From: Macrostomum hystrix
Taxonomy: Eukaryota > Animalia > Platyhelminthes
DNA length: 64,000 nucleotides
NCBI GenBank assembly: GCA_950097015.1
Contig: CATNEN010000011.1
Coordinates: 4,898,001 to 4,962,000, forward strand
Direction: 5' to 3'
Shown here: positions 62,066 through 64,000 of the stretch, piece by piece
Numbering within the stretch: the first letter of the stretch is position 1
Layout: every line of letters begins with the position of its first letter
Translations under genes and position numbers: made by a program
Notes under the pieces: model-generated
The model's database searches: none
The model's input: only the letters and a program-made list of their open reading frames with translations
Told to the model about the DNA's origin: nothing

Positions 62066-63012
62066 GAAACCCATCAGCTACTTTGGAAACCTATCAGCTA
62101 CTTTGGAAACCTATCAGCTACTTTGGAAACCCATCAGTTACTTTGGAAACCCATTAGTTACTTTGGAAACCTATCAGCTACTTTGGAAACCTATCAGCTA
62201 CTTTGGAAACCCATCAGCTACTTTGGAAACCCATCAGCTACTTTGGAAACCTATCAGCTACTTTGGAAACCTATCAGCTACTTTGGAAACCTATCAGCTA
62301 CTTTGGAAACCCATCAGTTACTTTGGAAACCCATTAGTTACTTTGGAAACCTATCAGCTACTTTGGAAACCTATCAGCTACTTTGGAAACCCATCAGCTA
62401 CTTTGGAAACCCATCAGCTACTTTGGAAACCCATCAGCTACTTTGGAAACCCATCAGTTACTTTGGAAACTCATTAGTTACTTTGGAAACCTATCAGCTA
62501 CTTTGGAAACCTATCAGCTACTTTGGAAACCCATCAGCTACTTCGGAAACCCATCAGCTACTTCGGAAACCCATCGGCTACTTTGGAAACCCATCAGCTA
62601 ATTTGGAAACCTATCAGCTACTTTGGAAACCTATCAGCTACTTTGGAAACCTATCAGCTACTTTGGAAACCTATCAGCTACTTTGGAAACCCATCAGTTA
62701 CTTTGGAAACCCATTAGTTACTTTGGAAACCTATCAGCTACTTTGGAAACCTATCAGCTACTTTGGAAACCCATCAGCTACTTTGGAAACCCATCAGCTA
62801 CTTTGGAAACCCATCAGCTACTTTGGAAACCCATCAGCTACTTTGGAAACCCATCAGTTACTTTGGAAACTCATTAGTTACTTTGGAAACCTATCAGCTA
62901 CTTTGGAAACCTATCAGCTACTTTGGAAACCCATCAGCTACTTTGGAAACCCATCAGCTACTTTGGAAACCCATCAGCTACTTTGGAAACCCATCAGCTA
63001 CTTTGGAAACCT
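62066..63012. repeat. 20-bp minisatellite (CTTTGGAAACCCATCAGCTA)n
   Basis: About 47 copies with recurring variant blocks. Confidence 0.96.
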
Positions 63013-63454
63013 ATTATCATGGAAGTCTATCATGCCCAATTTGGTAATTGCATACAGTTTGTGTTTTAAGAGTATAACCTAGTCAAATTATTTCAGCCTT
63101 TGCTTGCAACGTTTTTCAGAATATTGTATTTCCGTATTTCGGCACAATTTATTTCGTTTCAGTAATAAAACTTTATGCTGGATGTGTTTTAGTGACACAA
63201 TTAGGCAAGGATTTCATTACTTTTGTTGGTCCATGGCAATTAGATTAACCCAATTACCAATGGCAGAGATTGGGTATTTACCTATGATCGAAATGTTCGG
63301 TACAAAAACTATGACAAATCAACTAAGCTTTTTACAACGTTCAGTTACTATGAAATCTGAAACATAGCTCTGAGCGAAAGGCATAATGAATTGGTTGACT
63401 CAGAAAGTGCGAAAGTACAACTGTTTCTAAGCAAATTTTATAAAATCTTTTTCC

Positions 63455-64000
63455 GATTCTAAGAAAGCATTATGGGACATTATTCTGAATTCTAATAAAT
63501 CACTATGGGATGTCATTCCCGATTCTAAAAAATCACGATGGGATATCATTCCTGATTCTAAGAAATCAGTATGGGATATCATTCCCGATTCTAAGAAATC
63601 ACGATAGGATGTCATTCCGAATTCTAATAAAGAATGATGAGATGTCATTCCGAATTCTAATAAAGAATGATGGGATATCATTCCGAATTCTAATAAAGAA
63701 TGATGGGATATCATTCCCGATTCTAAGAAAGCATTATGGGACATTATTCTGAATTCTAATAAATCACTATGGGATGTCATTCCTGATTCTAAGAAATCAC
63801 TATGGGATGTCATTCCTGATTCTAAGAAATCACTATGGGATGTCATTCCTGATTCTAAGAAATCACTATGGGATATCATTCCCGATTCTAAGAAAGCACG
63901 ATGGGATATCATGCCTAATTCTAAGAAAGAATGATGGGATATCATTCCTGATTCTAATAAATCACGATGGGATATCATTCTCGATTCTAAGAAAGCACGA
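63455..64000. repeat. 33-bp minisatellite (TGTCATTCCTGATTCTAAGAAATCACTATGGGA)n, running off the window end
   Basis: Direct tandem copies. Confidence 0.93.

Noticed and set aside
60495-63978. Repeat-peptide ORFs (TENTGV, LETHQLLWKP, SHSDFLESGM; similarly at 4467, 6228, 10148, 13895, 35988, 54076, 56918)
   Set aside because: Direct translations of minisatellites with no flanking coding context.
1-64000. Tandem arrays as CRISPR arrays
   Set aside because: Units are head-to-tail with no unique spacers, there are no cas genes, and the context is eukaryotic.

Overview
Eukaryotic (animal) genomic DNA, not prokaryotic; no CRISPR array or rRNA gene was found. GC-rich, intron-poor genes with poly-Q/S/H tracts, a different minisatellite in most introns, very short introns and splice-acceptor-like AGs next to start codons suggest a free-living flatworm such as Macrostomum (inference). 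Hand-assembled genes with phase-consistent GT-AG splicing: minus-strand block of a secreted PAN/Apple + F-type lectin, LSm1 with a Q/H-rich N-terminal extension, intronless SNX3/12 and an F-box/LRR gene; plus-strand block of a 3-exon Slo1/BK-type K+ channel with a GFG filter, an RPRD2-like CID protein, and an ALKBH2/3-type dioxygenase fused to two C2H2 zinc fingers. Mobile DNA: a 5'-truncated RNase H-bearing LINE, a compact full-length Ty3/Gypsy element (289-bp LTRs, AATAA TSD), a Merlin/IS1595-like transposon nested in a TA-flanked MITE, and three tRNA-derived SINE families. About 20 tandem arrays are present, including a ~9.5 kb 17/18-bp satellite that is stop-free in all three plus frames. 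The most promising leads are the zinc finger-AlkB fusion, the unusual Slo paralog, the extended LSm1, apparent transposon excision footprints and the signs of trans-splicing/operon organisation.
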